Shown here: positions 19,735 through 29,645 of the stretch, piece after piece
Layout: each line of letters begins with the position of its first letter
Position numbering within the stretch: the first letter of the stretch is position 1
Source: Longimicrobiales bacterium
GTDB taxonomy: Bacteria; Gemmatimonadota; Gemmatimonadetes; Longimicrobiales; Gaopeijiaceae
DNA length: 64,000 nt
Assembly (NCBI GenBank): GCA_965197725.1
Contig: CBDANQ010000061.1
Coordinates: 128,001-192,000, forward strand
Direction of reading: 5' to 3'
Notes under the pieces: model-generated
The model's input: only the letters and a program-made list of their open reading frames with translations
Databases searched by the model: none
What the model was told of the DNA's origin: nothing
Position numbers and translations under genes: made by a program

Positions 19735-21197
19735 CAGTCCGTGGAAGAAATAGGTTCCCAGCGGATGATGGGTGGGAGAGAAGGCAGACACGCGGGGGCT
19801 GTGTTGTTGTGCAAGAAGCGGGTTTTGGGGTCTGACGAGGCGATATTCGGCCCAAGGAAGGCGAAATAGCGCCGAATACGGCGGAAAAAGCGCGAGACGC
19901 GGGTTGTAACCTGAGTTGCGAGCGCAGCTTGTACGGTAGCGAGGCCCTGTAACGCACGGGGGGTTCCAACCCCGAACCGCTTGCGCATGAGAAGGCCGAG
20001 GTTGAAGGCCGCCGCGTGGATCAACATCCGTTTTCGAATCTCCTCCTGGCCCCGTATGTGGACGCGACGCAGCCCTCCGGTCACAAGCAAGTGCGCAAAC
20101 CCCCGCTCCACCTTCTCGCCGCGCTGGCGCAGCAGCCGCATCCCCCGGTTGCCGCGGATCCGGCGGCGGTTGTCGTAGGTCGGCGTCTGCGCGTCCCGGT
20201 TGTTCTTCCATTTCCGGCGCCCGCGGTTGGGCTCGCTCACATAGCTGCGCAGCTCCCGCTCCTTCACGCCCGTCATGGTCTTGTTCGAGTGGTAGCCTTT
20301 GTCGGCCACCACTTCCTCGGGCTCTACCTGCACTACTTCCAGCTGCCGCTCTGCCTCGTCCAGCGTGTTGGGCAGCGACGCCACATCTCCCCCGTCCATC
20401 GTCTGCACCGTCACCGCCACAAGCGCACCGGTCTCCATGTCGACCGCCTGCTCCAACTTGTGCGCCAGGCGCGTCCTGCCGTCCTTCATCTTCGTGATCC
20501 GCGCCTCCGGGTCGTGCGGATGCACCCAGTCCTTGTTCGAGCCCTTCTTCGGACGCTTCCGGTCCAGCGTCGTCAGATCCTTGCGCGTCGGCGTCTCGAT
20601 CCCCGACGCCCGGGCCACCTGCTCCAGCCATTCATCGTAGCCCAACCCGTCGTCGCGCCGCACGATCGTGCGCATCGCCGCATTCGCCTCCAGCGTCGTC
20701 GAGTCGACGCCCAGCGTCTTGCCGCTCAGCAACCCCGACCCCTTCAGCAGCTCCAGCACCCGCCCGAACACCGCCGCGTGCGCTTCCACGCTCAGGCGCT
20801 TGCGCGTCTTCGACAGGGTCGAATGCTCCGGCGGGTTCTTCGCCCACCCGTATCCCAGAAACTCACGCAACGACAACGAGTCCCCACACCGCCAGGCAAT
20901 GCCCCGCTCCGAGCCGATCCCTTCCAGGTAGCCCACCATCATCATTCGGAAATACACCCCGGGAGCAATCCCCGGCCGACCCCGATTGTCCGCGTAGAAC
21001 TCACGGCATGCCTCTTCCGCGAACTCGTCAAACCCGCTTTTCGCCAGAAGCTCGTTCAAGGCCCGGTAGAACGGGTTGTCCAAGGCCCGAATCTCGCTCG
21101 CCACCACGAACATCTCGCCCTGCCGAGCCTCGGGCCGCTTGCCTACCGCCATCGCCGTCCTCGCTGCAAAAACCCTCGTGTCCTCCTGATTTAACAC
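19731..21197 (-). CDS. IS1182-family transposase (true start may be ATG at 21152)
   Basis: GRPGIAP..YFRMM, SERGIAWRC, VDSTT, DPEAR, VADKGY, EKVERGF. Confidence 0.88.
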   Translation of the reverse strand: MLNQEDTRVFAARTAMAVGKRPEARQGEMFVVASEIRALDNPFYRALNELLAKSGFDEFAEEACREFYADNRGRPGIAPGVYFRMMMVGYLEGIGSERGIAWRCGDSLSLREFLGYGWAKNPPEHSTLSKTRKRLSVEAHAAVFGRVLELLKGSGLLSGKTLGVDSTTLEANAAMRTIVRRDDGLGYDEWLEQVARASGIETPTRKDLTTLDRKRPKKGSNKDWVHPHDPEARITKMKDGRTRLAHKLEQAVDMETGALVAVTVQTMDGGDVASLPNTLDEAERQLEVVQVEPEEVVADKGYHSNKTMTGVKERELRSYVSEPNRGRRKWKNNRDAQTPTYDNRRRIRGNRGMRLLRQRGEKVERGFAHLLVTGGLRRVHIRGQEEIRKRMLIHAAAFNLGLLMRKRFGVGTPRALQGLATVQAALATQVTTRVSRFFRRIRRYFAFLGPNIASSDPKTRFLHNNTAPACLPSLPPIIRWEPISSTDC

Positions 21198-21229
21198 AAC
21201 AGCGATGACCGGACTTTATCCACGGTCTG
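19735..21229 (-). mobile_element. IS1182-family (IS5-like DDE) insertion sequence, copy 1, 1495 bp
   Basis: Imperfect terminal IRs CAGTCCGTGGAAGAAA / CAGACCGTGGATAAA; flanks CTAG and CTAAG; near-identical to 24934-26428. Confidence 0.88.
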
Positions 21230-21284
21230 CTAAGAAGCTCTATTTTACCCGCACTCTTCAGGTTCGACGAAACCAGGAGCACCA

Positions 21285-21716
21285 ATGTCGGAGAATGGTG
21301 TCAGCCGAATCCGCGTGATCCTGCGGTGGATTCAGATCAAGGACAGCAAAGAAGTCGCGTGGGACGACGAGGGCGAGTTCCGCTTCCGTTCGAAGATCAC
21401 CACCAGCGGCGACAGCCACGAGGTGGCGTTCCCGGAACAGGGCCACTGGACCATCTCCGATCACCCCCGGCGCAACAAAGTCGACAAGATCGACAAGACT
21501 TTGTACGAAGGTGAGGCGGGGGAGAGCCTGACCGTAGAGCTCTTCGGCGTCGAATTGGACCAGCTGTCGGCCGACGATCAGCTGGCGGACTATCGGCGCG
21601 AGTTCTCCGGCCCCGCGTCCTCGTGGATCGGTCGTCACCAGCCGACCGACGAAGGCACGGGCGACCCTGAGAACATAGCCGACTGGCGTATCTGCTACGA
21701 CATCGAGCAGGCCTGA
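21285..21716 (+). CDS. Hypothetical acidic protein, possibly C2-like beta-sandwich
   Basis: AGGAG SD, clean ORF, downstream terminator; beta-strand periodicity with Asp-rich loops (WDDEGEF, ELDQLSADD). Confidence 0.6.
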   Translation: MSENGVSRIRVILRWIQIKDSKEVAWDDEGEFRFRSKITTSGDSHEVAFPEQGHWTISDHPRRNKVDKIDKTLYEGEAGESLTVELFGVELDQLSADDQLADYRREFSGPASSWIGRHQPTDEGTGDPENIADWRICYDIEQA

Positions 21717-21745
21717 GCCGCTACAGGCGCCTGCACGGTAAATCG

Positions 21746-21776
21746 AGGCCCGTCCGCATTCCGGGCGGGGCCTTTT
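21746..21776 (+). terminator. Rho-independent terminator
   Basis: AGGCCCGTCCG...CGGGCGGGGCC followed by TTTT. Confidence 0.6.
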
Positions 21777-21835
21777 GCGTTCCCCGGAAGCTGCCTGGGC
21801 TCGACTTTCGGTCTTTATTCGGCTACCTTGCCAAC

Positions 21836-22918
21836 ATGTCAGGCGCGCACCCCCTCCCCGTCCTCCACGGCCGCGCAACACCCTGGAATCCGCCCAACCG
21901 CTTCGAGCGGCTCCACATCGACCGCGAGGGCTGGACGGATCCTGACGATCCGCCGCCGCACACGGTTCTCCTGAACGACGCAGCTCGCTCGGTCCTCGCT
22001 TACAACGATTCGCCGGATGTGGGATTCAACGTGGGCATCAACCCCTACCGGGGCTGCGAGCACGCATGTGCCTACTGCTACGCGAGGCCCACGCACGAGT
22101 ACCTGGGCTTCTCCGCCGGACTCGACTTCGAGACGAAGATCTTGGTCAAGCGGGAAGCGCCAGAGCTGCTGCGAAAGGCGTTGTCGGCCAGGAAGTGGAA
22201 ACCGCAGGTGATCGGGTTGAGCGGCAATACCGATGCGTATCAGCCGGCGGAGCGGAGGCTGAGGATCACGCGCCGATGCCTGGAGGTGCTAGCCGAGTTC
22301 CGGAACCCGGTCGCAATCATCACAAAGAGTTACCTCGTCTCACGCGACGTGGACTTGCTGGCAGAGCTCGCCGAGCACAACGCCGTAGCTGTGGTGCTCT
22401 CCGTCACATCGCTGAACCGGGACATCCAGCGGGTCATGGAGCCGCGGGCCTCGATACCGGAGCGCCGATTGGGGGCGATCCGCGTGCTGGCGGAAGCAGG
22501 GATCCCCGTCGGCGTGAACGTAGCACCGGTCGTCCCGGGCCTCACCGACCACGAGTTGCCCGCCATTCTGGGAGCTTCCGCCGAGGCGGGAGCCTCGTTC
22601 GCCGGCTACATCCTGCTCCGCCTTCCCCACGGGGTGAAGGACATCTTCTCCACGTGGCTCGAGCAGCACTTCCCGGACCGCAAGGACAAGGTGCTCAACC
22701 GCGTGCGTGACATGAGAGGCGGCAAGCTGTATGACGGTCGGTACGATGTGCGAGGGAGGGGTGAAGGGCCCTGGGCACACCATCTCCGATCTCTCTTCCA
22801 GGTGACGAGCTCACGTCTGGGGCTCAACCGGCCTCCCGCGCTCTCCACCGCGTCATTCGTTCGGCCTCCAGACCCGGGAAAGCCCCAGATGGATCTGTTC
22901 GGGAGCGCGCTGGCCTAG
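21836..22918 (+). CDS. PA0069/Rv2578c-family (spore photoproduct lyase-like) radical SAM protein
   Basis: NPYRGCEHACAYCYARPTHEYL (CxxxCxxC), TDAYQPAE, MEPRAS; C-terminal QMDLF. Confidence 0.9.
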   Translation: MSGAHPLPVLHGRATPWNPPNRFERLHIDREGWTDPDDPPPHTVLLNDAARSVLAYNDSPDVGFNVGINPYRGCEHACAYCYARPTHEYLGFSAGLDFETKILVKREAPELLRKALSARKWKPQVIGLSGNTDAYQPAERRLRITRRCLEVLAEFRNPVAIITKSYLVSRDVDLLAELAEHNAVAVVLSVTSLNRDIQRVMEPRASIPERRLGAIRVLAEAGIPVGVNVAPVVPGLTDHELPAILGASAEAGASFAGYILLRLPHGVKDIFSTWLEQHFPDRKDKVLNRVRDMRGGKLYDGRYDVRGRGEGPWAHHLRSLFQVTSSRLGLNRPPALSTASFVRPPDPGKPQMDLFGSALA

Positions 22919-23853
22919 AACTCGGCTTGCCACTGTTCCTGACGAGCGCCGGGACTACGCTGGAAGGTCCACAGGAAGTTCGTGAAGCCCACGTCGTAGT
23001 CGGACAGCCCGTTTTGACCGGTAAGCTTCATGCGTTCCTCGTACATCATCTTCATGACGTGCGAGACCGAGCTCTCGTACACGCCGGCGTCGGGTCGAAG
23101 CGCGTGCAGCTCACTTGCCAGTTCCGAGCGCAGCTGGAGACCGTCCACGAGGTCGTGGTACTCCTGATGATCCTCGCCCGCGATCGACTTGAGCTGCCGG
23201 TGAAGACGCTCTGCGAGCGCAGACTGGACCATCAGTGGATCGCCTGAAGACATGAGCGCGAGGTAGGCTAGCACCTGGGCGTGAAGCTCTTTCCAGTAGC
23301 CCTTCCGGTGCACGAATTCGTGACAGATTACATGCGCCTCGAAAACGCCGGTGTCCCTGAACAGGGCGACGTCCCCCGAGATGATGTCACAGACTCCCAT
23401 CGCGAAGGGGAAGATCAGTTTGGCGAGCGTGAACTCCCGAACTTCGGAGCTGGTGTGCACGCGCTGGCCGGTGATGCTAGCCATGTACTCCGTGAGGTGC
23501 TCATTCACCGCCTTAGCGAGCTCGTCCCTCGGCACGCGTTCGTCGGTGTACATGTCGTTGAGTCGGGTCGCTAGCCTCGAAATCTCGTCCCGGCGAACGT
23601 CGTCGGGCATCTCTTGAAGGCTCTTGACGTCCGCGCCGAACTCGCGGTCGAAGTCGATCCACTTCATTTCGCGACGGCTCACCCAGTCCTTCACGGCGCT
23701 GCCAGCGTACATGCCGAGCGCGGCAGCGCTGAGAACTCTTCCGGGGAGGGTCGCGCCGAGCAGGAGCCTCGAGGCGAGGGGTGCGGTGGCGATGACGTCG
23801 GTCAGGGAGACCGGGGCGTACGTCGCGTCGTTGGGTATGCGGATCTCTTCCAT
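22915..23853 (-). CDS. DUF3810-like putative Zn metallopeptidase
   Basis: CHEFVHRKGY.KE..A...AYLA motif (HEXXH plus downstream Glu). Confidence 0.55.
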   Translation of the reverse strand: MEEIRIPNDATYAPVSLTDVIATAPLASRLLLGATLPGRVLSAAALGMYAGSAVKDWVSRREMKWIDFDREFGADVKSLQEMPDDVRRDEISRLATRLNDMYTDERVPRDELAKAVNEHLTEYMASITGQRVHTSSEVREFTLAKLIFPFAMGVCDIISGDVALFRDTGVFEAHVICHEFVHRKGYWKELHAQVLAYLALMSSGDPLMVQSALAERLHRQLKSIAGEDHQEYHDLVDGLQLRSELASELHALRPDAGVYESSVSHVMKMMYEERMKLTGQNGLSDYDVGFTNFLWTFQRSPGARQEQWQAEF

Positions 23854-23980
23854 GGAAGCCTATACGGCCTTCGGGGGGACAGAAGTTCCATCAGCGAAAA
23901 ACGCCGCCCGATTACGGGCGGCGCCAATCTGCACCGAACCTAGAAGGATCCGCGAACCAAGGGTCCGCGAGCAGAGCCAG

Positions 23981-24211
23981 TCAGCTCTGTTGGTTTTGTT
24001 CGATGCATTCGGCTTCGAACTCGGTCGGATGTACGACCTGGGGCTCTACCTGCTCGGTCCGAACGCCGATTTCCGGCTCGCCCACCGGTGCATCCTCCTG
24101 TGGAGCTGCGAGCGTCAGCAGCGCGACCATGAGCGGGACGCCCACCAGGGGCGCGCCGATGGCAGCCCACCACGGGGCTCCCTTCTTCTCACTGATATGT
24201 GCGTTGATCAT
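23981..24211 (-). CDS. Small membrane-anchored hypothetical protein
   Basis: G-rich SD, one TM segment, acidic tail. Confidence 0.5.
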   Translation of the reverse strand: MINAHISEKKGAPWWAAIGAPLVGVPLMVALLTLAAPQEDAPVGEPEIGVRTEQVEPQVVHPTEFEAECIEQNQQS

Positions 24212-24929
24212 CGTCCCCCCCTCGCTTGCCGGAGGCCACCCCCGCCGCCTCCCTCACGTCCTCATACGTTCCAATCAGTCGGACAGTTTCGGATCGATGG
24301 TGTCCCGCTGACAGTTGAAGGTGGTGGCTCCGGAGAGTCTCCTTGTTAGCCTGCCTTTCTCATTTCGGCAACCGGTTCATGGTCGTCGAGGTGGGCCCTG
24401 AGCATCCAGAGCTGGTCGTAGCCGATGATCCTCCGGTAGCTCTTCTCGGTCTCCACGAACGAGGCCGCAGCCCAGCGCAAGGCCATCACTCCGTTCTTCC
24501 AGTTGGTCACCCTGCGGGTCTTCTGTCTTACGCCCGAGTGGGTGCTGTCGATCAGGTTGGTCGAGCCCAGGCACATCCTCAGCCGCGGCGGGAGGCCGAG
24601 CCGGTTGATCGTGAACATCTCGCTGAGGCCTTCGCGTAGGCTGGCCGAGGCCGAGGGGTGGTCGCGCTCGAGCCATCGGGCGAGCTGCTCGAGCTTCTGC
24701 TCGCCCTGCTTCGCGTCCAGCTTCATCGCCGCCCGGAACGCCGCCTTCACCTGAGGATGCTGATCCTTCGGCAGATGACCCAGCACGTTGCGGAGCTTGT
24801 GGTTGCGGCAGCGCTGGATGGGGTGACGTTGGCCGAACACCTTCTCGATCGCCTTCCTGAGCGCTTTCGAGCCATCGATCACGAACAGCCGCCGCCTGCC
24901 CGGGTCCAGGCCGCGCTCGACCAGATCCT

Positions 24930-26396
24930 CTAGCAGTCCGTGGAAGAAATAGGTTCCCAGCGGATGATGGGTGGGAGAGAAGGCAGACACGCGGGGGCTG
25001 TGTTGTTGTGCAAGAAGCGGGTTTTGGGGTCTGACGAGGCGATATTCGGCCCAAGGAAGGCGAAATAGCGCCGAATACGGCGGAAAAAGCGCGAGACGCG
25101 GGTTGTAACCTGAGTTGCGAGCGCAGCTTGTACGGTAGCGAGGCCCTGTAACGCACGGGGGGTTCCAACCCCGAACCGCTTGCGCATGAGAAGGCCGAGG
25201 TTGAAGGCCGCCGCGTGGATCAACATCCGTTTTCGAATCTCCTCCTGGCCCCGTATGTGGACGCGACGCAGCCCTCCGGTCACAAGCAAGTGCGCAAACC
25301 CCCGCTCCACCTTCTCGCCGCGCTGGCGCAGCAGCCGCATCCCCCGGTTGCCGCGGATCCGGCGGCGGTTGTCGTAGGTCGGCGTCTGCGCGTCCCGGTT
25401 GTTCTTCCATTTCCGGCGCCCGCGGTTGGGCTCGCTCACATAGCTGCGCAGCTCCCGCTCCTTCACGCCCGTCATGGTCTTGTTCGAGTGGTAGCCTTTG
25501 TCGGCCACCACTTCCTCGGGCTCTACCTGCACTACTTCCAGCTGCCGCTCTGCCTCGTCCAGCGTGTTGGGCAGCGACGCCACATCTCCCCCGTCCATCG
25601 TCTGCACCGTCACCGCCACAAGCGCACCGGTCTCCATGTCGACCGCCTGCTCCAACTTGTGCGCCAGGCGCGTCCTGCCGTCCTTCATCTTCGTGATCCG
25701 CGCCTCCGGGTCGTGCGGATGCACCCAGTCCTTGTTCGAGCCCTTCTTCGGACGCTTCCGGTCCAGCGTCGTCAGATCCTTGCGCGTCGGCGTCTCGATC
25801 CCCGACGCCCGGGCCACCTGCTGCAGCCATTCATCGTAGCCCAACCCGTCGTCGCGCCGCACGATCGTGCGCATCGCCGCATTCGCCTCCAGCGTCGTCG
25901 AGTCGACGCCCAGCGTCTTGCCGCTCAGCAACCCCGACCCCTTCAGCAGCTCCAGCACCCGCCCGAACACCGCCGCGTGCGCTTCCACGCTCAGGCGCTT
26001 GCGCGTCTTCGACAGGGTCGAATGCTCCGGCGGGTTCTTCGCCCACCCGTATCCCAGAAACTCACGCAACGACAACGAGTCCCCACACCGCCAGGCAATG
26101 CCCCGCTCCGAGCCGATCCCTTCCAGGTAGCCCACCATCATCATTCGGAAATACACCCCGGGAGCAATCCCCGGCCGACCCCGATTGTCCGCGTAGAACT
26201 CACGGCATGCCTCTTCCGCGAACTCGTCAAACCCGCTTTTCGCCAGAAGCTCGTTCAAGGCCCAGTAGAACGGGTTGTCCAAGGCCCGAATCTCGCTCGC
26301 CACCACGAACATCTCGCCCTGCCGAGCCTCGGGCCGCTTGCCTACCGCCATCGCCGTCCTCGCTGCAAAAACCCTCGTGTCCTCCTGATTTAACAC
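24930..26396 (-). CDS. IS1182-family transposase, copy 2
   Basis: Matches 19731-21197 except R>W and E>Q substitutions. Confidence 0.88.
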   Translation of the reverse strand: MLNQEDTRVFAARTAMAVGKRPEARQGEMFVVASEIRALDNPFYWALNELLAKSGFDEFAEEACREFYADNRGRPGIAPGVYFRMMMVGYLEGIGSERGIAWRCGDSLSLREFLGYGWAKNPPEHSTLSKTRKRLSVEAHAAVFGRVLELLKGSGLLSGKTLGVDSTTLEANAAMRTIVRRDDGLGYDEWLQQVARASGIETPTRKDLTTLDRKRPKKGSNKDWVHPHDPEARITKMKDGRTRLAHKLEQAVDMETGALVAVTVQTMDGGDVASLPNTLDEAERQLEVVQVEPEEVVADKGYHSNKTMTGVKERELRSYVSEPNRGRRKWKNNRDAQTPTYDNRRRIRGNRGMRLLRQRGEKVERGFAHLLVTGGLRRVHIRGQEEIRKRMLIHAAAFNLGLLMRKRFGVGTPRALQGLATVQAALATQVTTRVSRFFRRIRRYFAFLGPNIASSDPKTRFLHNNTAPACLPSLPPIIRWEPISSTDC

Positions 26397-26428
26397 AACA
26401 GCGATGACCGGACTTTATCCACGGTCTG
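24934..26428 (-). mobile_element. IS1182-family element, copy 2, with 4-bp CTAG target duplication
   Basis: CTAG at 24930-24933 and 26429-26432; the uninterrupted IS256 copy has one CTAG at this site (30280-30283). Confidence 0.93.
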
Positions 26429-27272
26429 CTAGGAGCGCGCTGGTCACCTCGGCGTTCTCACTCGCTCCTTCCCTCACGCCCAGCACGTGCTTCTTTCCGT
26501 CTGAGTCCACGCCTACCGCAGCAAGCACGTGGTGCGAGCCCATCTGGATCCCGTCCAGGTAGATCACCAGGAGGTCCCACGCATCCAGCCGGCGCTCCAT
26601 CAGCTCCTTCAGCACGCGCTCCGAGGCCTCGACCGTCTCACGGCTCACCGCCGACTTGCTCACCCCGACCGTGTCGGCCATCTCACCGATCACACGGCCG
26701 TACTTTCGCGTGCTCACCCCCGCCATCAGGACCTCGAGCATCCGATCCGCCACGGCGCCCGGTCTCCGCATCGCTGCGTACGCCGGCACCTCGACCTCGC
26801 CACCCTCCCCGGCGCCCCGGCGCCTGAGCCGTGGCCGCTCCACACGCACCTTCCGGTCCGACAGGTAAACCACACCACCCTGCCGGCCATACCACACCGT
26901 GTCGTCTTCCGCTCGTGACCGACCTGCCTGCTTCACGCCTGCCACACCCTCGGCGCTCATCTCCAGCACCGCTTCGATCGTCGCTCGTCCCATCACCTGG
27001 ATGACTTCGTCGATCGCGACCTCCGTCTGCTCCACGAGCTCAAGCATCGGAAGCAGAAACTGCCCCTCCCGCTTCAGGAACTCCCTGATCGCGCGCTTGT
27101 CCGCCCGATCCCTTACCTCGTACGTTCTCTTCATCGTGGTGGCTCCGTGTTGGGGTTTTTGCCTACCCGAGCCTATCGGCCCGGGACCCCCGGAGCCACC
27201 ACTTTTCTTTCTCCCCTATCAGGGACCTTCAACTACGGTTGGGACAGCTTCAATTCCGGCCTCCCAACGCGG

Positions 27273-27305
27273 AGGCCCCGCAACCGCCTAAACGGTTACG
27301 GGGCT
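27273..27305 (-). terminator. Hairpin, probable original terminator of tRNA-Arg, displaced by IS21
   Basis: GCCCCGCAACCG-CCTAAA-CGGTTACGGGGC imperfect inverted repeat; lies just downstream of the tRNA if IS21 is removed. Confidence 0.45.
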
Positions 27306-27470
27306 TCCCCTTGTTAGCGGCCTTCCAATATTGCACACATGTGGCCATCGAAAATTGCACACTTGGCGCTTTGACCTAGCGGGCGGGAGAGTGGGGATGT
27401 AGGCACCACCCCGAGCGATCTTCCGGCCGATCCACTCACTTGGCGCCTCCACCGAGAACGTGGAGGTGCA

Positions 27471-28499
27471 ATGATCGGAAGGGAGAAGCGCGTGCTGCTC
27501 CGTCATTACCTCGAGCAGGGGATGAACAAGGCGGTGATCGCCCGGGATCTGGGGGTCAGTCGCCGTACCGTGTACCACTGGATAGAGACCGGTCAACTGG
27601 ACCGGGAGTTGGACGAAGAGCGTGTCGGGTACGGTCCGAGATGTCTGATGCCGTCGAAGCTGGATCCGTACAAGCCGTTGATCGACACGCGTCTCAAGGA
27701 GTACCCGAAGCTCACGGCTGTACGGCTCTTCAAGGAGGTCCGGGCCGCTGGCTACCCGGGCAGTTACAACCAAGTGAAGCGCTATGTACGCAAGGTCCGG
27801 CCTCGACCCCCAGAGGAGCCGGTCGTGCGCTTCGAGACGGCGCCTGGGCGTCAGGGCCAGGTGGACTTCGCCCACTTCCGGCTACCGTGGGGCAAGCGTT
27901 ACGCACTAATCGTCGTGCTGGGCTACTCGAGGCTGCTGTGGGTTCAGTTCTACACCCGGCAGACCATGAAGGCCCTGATGCATGGCCTGGAGTCTTCGTT
28001 TTCCTACTTCGGCGGCGTGCCCTCAGAGCTTCTGTTCGACCAAATGAAGGCGGTCGTCATCGAGGACGGTCGATACGACGATGGTGCCCTCGTCGAGAAC
28101 CCGGAGTTCATGCGCTACGCCTACCACTGGAACTTCAGGATCCGCGCGTGCCGACCCTATCGGGCTCAGACCAAGGGCAAGGTGGAGCGGCCGATCCGCT
28201 ACCTCAGGGAGAGCTTCTTCTACGGGCGCACCTTCACGTCGGACGACGATCTCAACGCGCAGGCCCTTCATTGGCTTGAGACGGAAGCCAATGTGCGCAG
28301 CCACGGAACGCTGAAGGAGCGGCCCCTCGATCGCTTCGAGCGTGAACGACTGCTCCTCGAGCCCTTGGCGACTCGCCCGTATCACCCCCTCGTCCTGCCT
28401 CCGGATCGCTCCTCACCCGGCACGACGTCCTTGCCGGCCATCCACGTCGAGCGACGTCCCCTCACGGCCTATGCCCAGATCGCGGGAGGGGACCGATGA
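27471..28499 (+). CDS. istA: IS21 transposase
   Basis: HTH, SKLDPYK, RFETAPGRQGQVDF, DQMK, QTKGKVER. Confidence 0.95.
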   Translation: MIGREKRVLLRHYLEQGMNKAVIARDLGVSRRTVYHWIETGQLDRELDEERVGYGPRCLMPSKLDPYKPLIDTRLKEYPKLTAVRLFKEVRAAGYPGSYNQVKRYVRKVRPRPPEEPVVRFETAPGRQGQVDFAHFRLPWGKRYALIVVLGYSRLLWVQFYTRQTMKALMHGLESSFSYFGGVPSELLFDQMKAVVIEDGRYDDGALVENPEFMRYAYHWNFRIRACRPYRAQTKGKVERPIRYLRESFFYGRTFTSDDDLNAQALHWLETEANVRSHGTLKERPLDRFERERLLLEPLATRPYHPLVLPPDRSSPGTTSLPAIHVERRPLTAYAQIAGGDR

Positions 28500-29338
28500 A
28501 GGCTGCCGCTCGCTCTCGCCGTGACCGGATCCGAGCCCAGCTCGCCGATCTCAAGATGCCCGGTGCGCTGGAGGCCATCGACGACGTCCTCACCGGGGTC
28601 GATGGCGGAGGCGTGACGGCCTCGGAGGCCATCGAGCAACTCCTCGGTGCCCAGATCACGCTGCGCAACAACCGCCGCCTTCAGGCTGCGATGCGCTCGA
28701 GCCGGCTACCGGGCATCAAGACCCTCGACGACTTCGACTTCAGCTTCCAGCCCTCGATCAAGCGCGAGCAGATCGACTCGCTCCACGAGCTCGGCTTCTT
28801 GGAGCGTAAGGAGAACGTGATCTTCCTCGGCCCTCCGGGCGTCGGCAAGACGCATCTCGCGATCAGCCTCGCCATTGCCGCGGCTCAGAGCGGGCGCAGA
28901 GTCTACTACGGCGCTCTGGCCGACCTCATCACCTCGCTCGAAGAAGCCAAGACCACCGGCCAGCTGGGACGCCGCCTCAAGATCCTCACCTATCCTTCGC
29001 TCCTGGTCATCGACGAGATCGGCTACCTGCCGGTCAGCCAGACCGGCGCAATGCTCTTCTTCCAACTCATCAACCGGCGCTATGAGCGCGCATCCACTGT
29101 GCTGACCTCCAATAAAGGCTTCGAGGAGTGGGGCCAGATCTTGGGCGACGAGGTCATGGCCGCTGCGCTCATCGATCGCCTGCTGCATCACTGCCATATC
29201 GTCAACATCCGCGGCAGCAGCTACCGGATGCGCAAGCACACCGACCTCTCCAAGATCCTCCACTCGCCTCCTGCGGAGTCGAGCCCTTCACCCCCGAAGA
29301 GAAAGAGAGCAAGAGCAAAGGAGAAAACGACGAACTAG
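28496..29338 (+). CDS. istB: IS21 helper ATPase
   Basis: GPPGVGKTHLA, LVIDEIGY, TSN, DRLLHH, GSSYR. Confidence 0.95.
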   Translation: MKAAARSRRDRIRAQLADLKMPGALEAIDDVLTGVDGGGVTASEAIEQLLGAQITLRNNRRLQAAMRSSRLPGIKTLDDFDFSFQPSIKREQIDSLHELGFLERKENVIFLGPPGVGKTHLAISLAIAAAQSGRRVYYGALADLITSLEEAKTTGQLGRRLKILTYPSLLVIDEIGYLPVSQTGAMLFFQLINRRYERASTVLTSNKGFEEWGQILGDEVMAAALIDRLLHHCHIVNIRGSSYRMRKHTDLSKILHSPPAESSPSPPKRKRARAKEKTTN

Positions 29339-29423
29339 AGGCTCGTCACCTCCGCCAAGTGTGCAATTTTCGATGGCCAGACCTGTGCAGCTTTCGATGG
29401 CCGTTGACATCCCCTTCCACAAA

Positions 29424-29497
29424 CGCGCCTGGCAGGACTCGAACCTGCGACATTCGGCTTAGAAGGCCGATGCTCTATCCAGCTGAGCTACAGGCGC
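29424..29497 (-). tRNA. tRNA-Arg (anticodon TCT), CCA not encoded
   Basis: GCGCCTGTAGCTCAGCTGGATAGAGCATCGGCCTTCTAAGCCGAATGTCGCAGGTTCGAGTCCTGCCAGGCGCG folds as a cloverleaf. Confidence 0.95.
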
Positions 29498-29645
29498 AAA
29501 GCGATACATGTTGTTGCAGCCGTAGTGCTTCCGCGTGCCATCGGGAACGCTCCCCGCGTCGGCCAGACCGGGGTGTGTAAGAAACTGTGTAAGTCCAGGT
29601 CGTGATTTTCAAGACACAGCAAGCACTGGCCTGCGGTCCTCCAGT

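Larger units (their letters stand above)
24346..27134 (-). pseudogene. IS256 transposase split by IS insertion
   Basis: N-half ends ...TSALL at the insert; C-half EDLVERGLDP... resumes on the other side; matches intact 29696-30985. Confidence 0.92.
24296..27251 (-). mobile_element. IS256-family element, copy 1, interrupted by IS1182-like copy 2; no target duplication
   Basis: 26-bp imperfect IRs GATGGTGTCCCGCTGACAGTTGAAGG / GAAGCTGTCCCAACCGTAGTTGAAGG; 1457 bp after removing the insert; flanks TTCGGATC vs AATTCCGG. Confidence 0.92.
27312..29409 (+). mobile_element. IS21-family element, 2098 bp, 6-bp TSD TCCCCT
   Basis: TG...CA ends; long IRs with internal repeats (GGCCATCGAAAATTGCACAC); TCCCCT at 27306-27311 and 29410-29415. 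Confidence 0.95.

Noticed and set aside
20016..21194. 392-aa plus-strand ORF inside the IS1182-like element (also 25215-26393)
   Set aside because: Antisense shadow of a high-GC transposase gene; no recognisable motifs
24346..25830. 494-aa chimeric ORF ending in the IS256 C-terminus
   Set aside because: Accidental in-frame join of an alternative IS1182 frame to the broken IS256 gene
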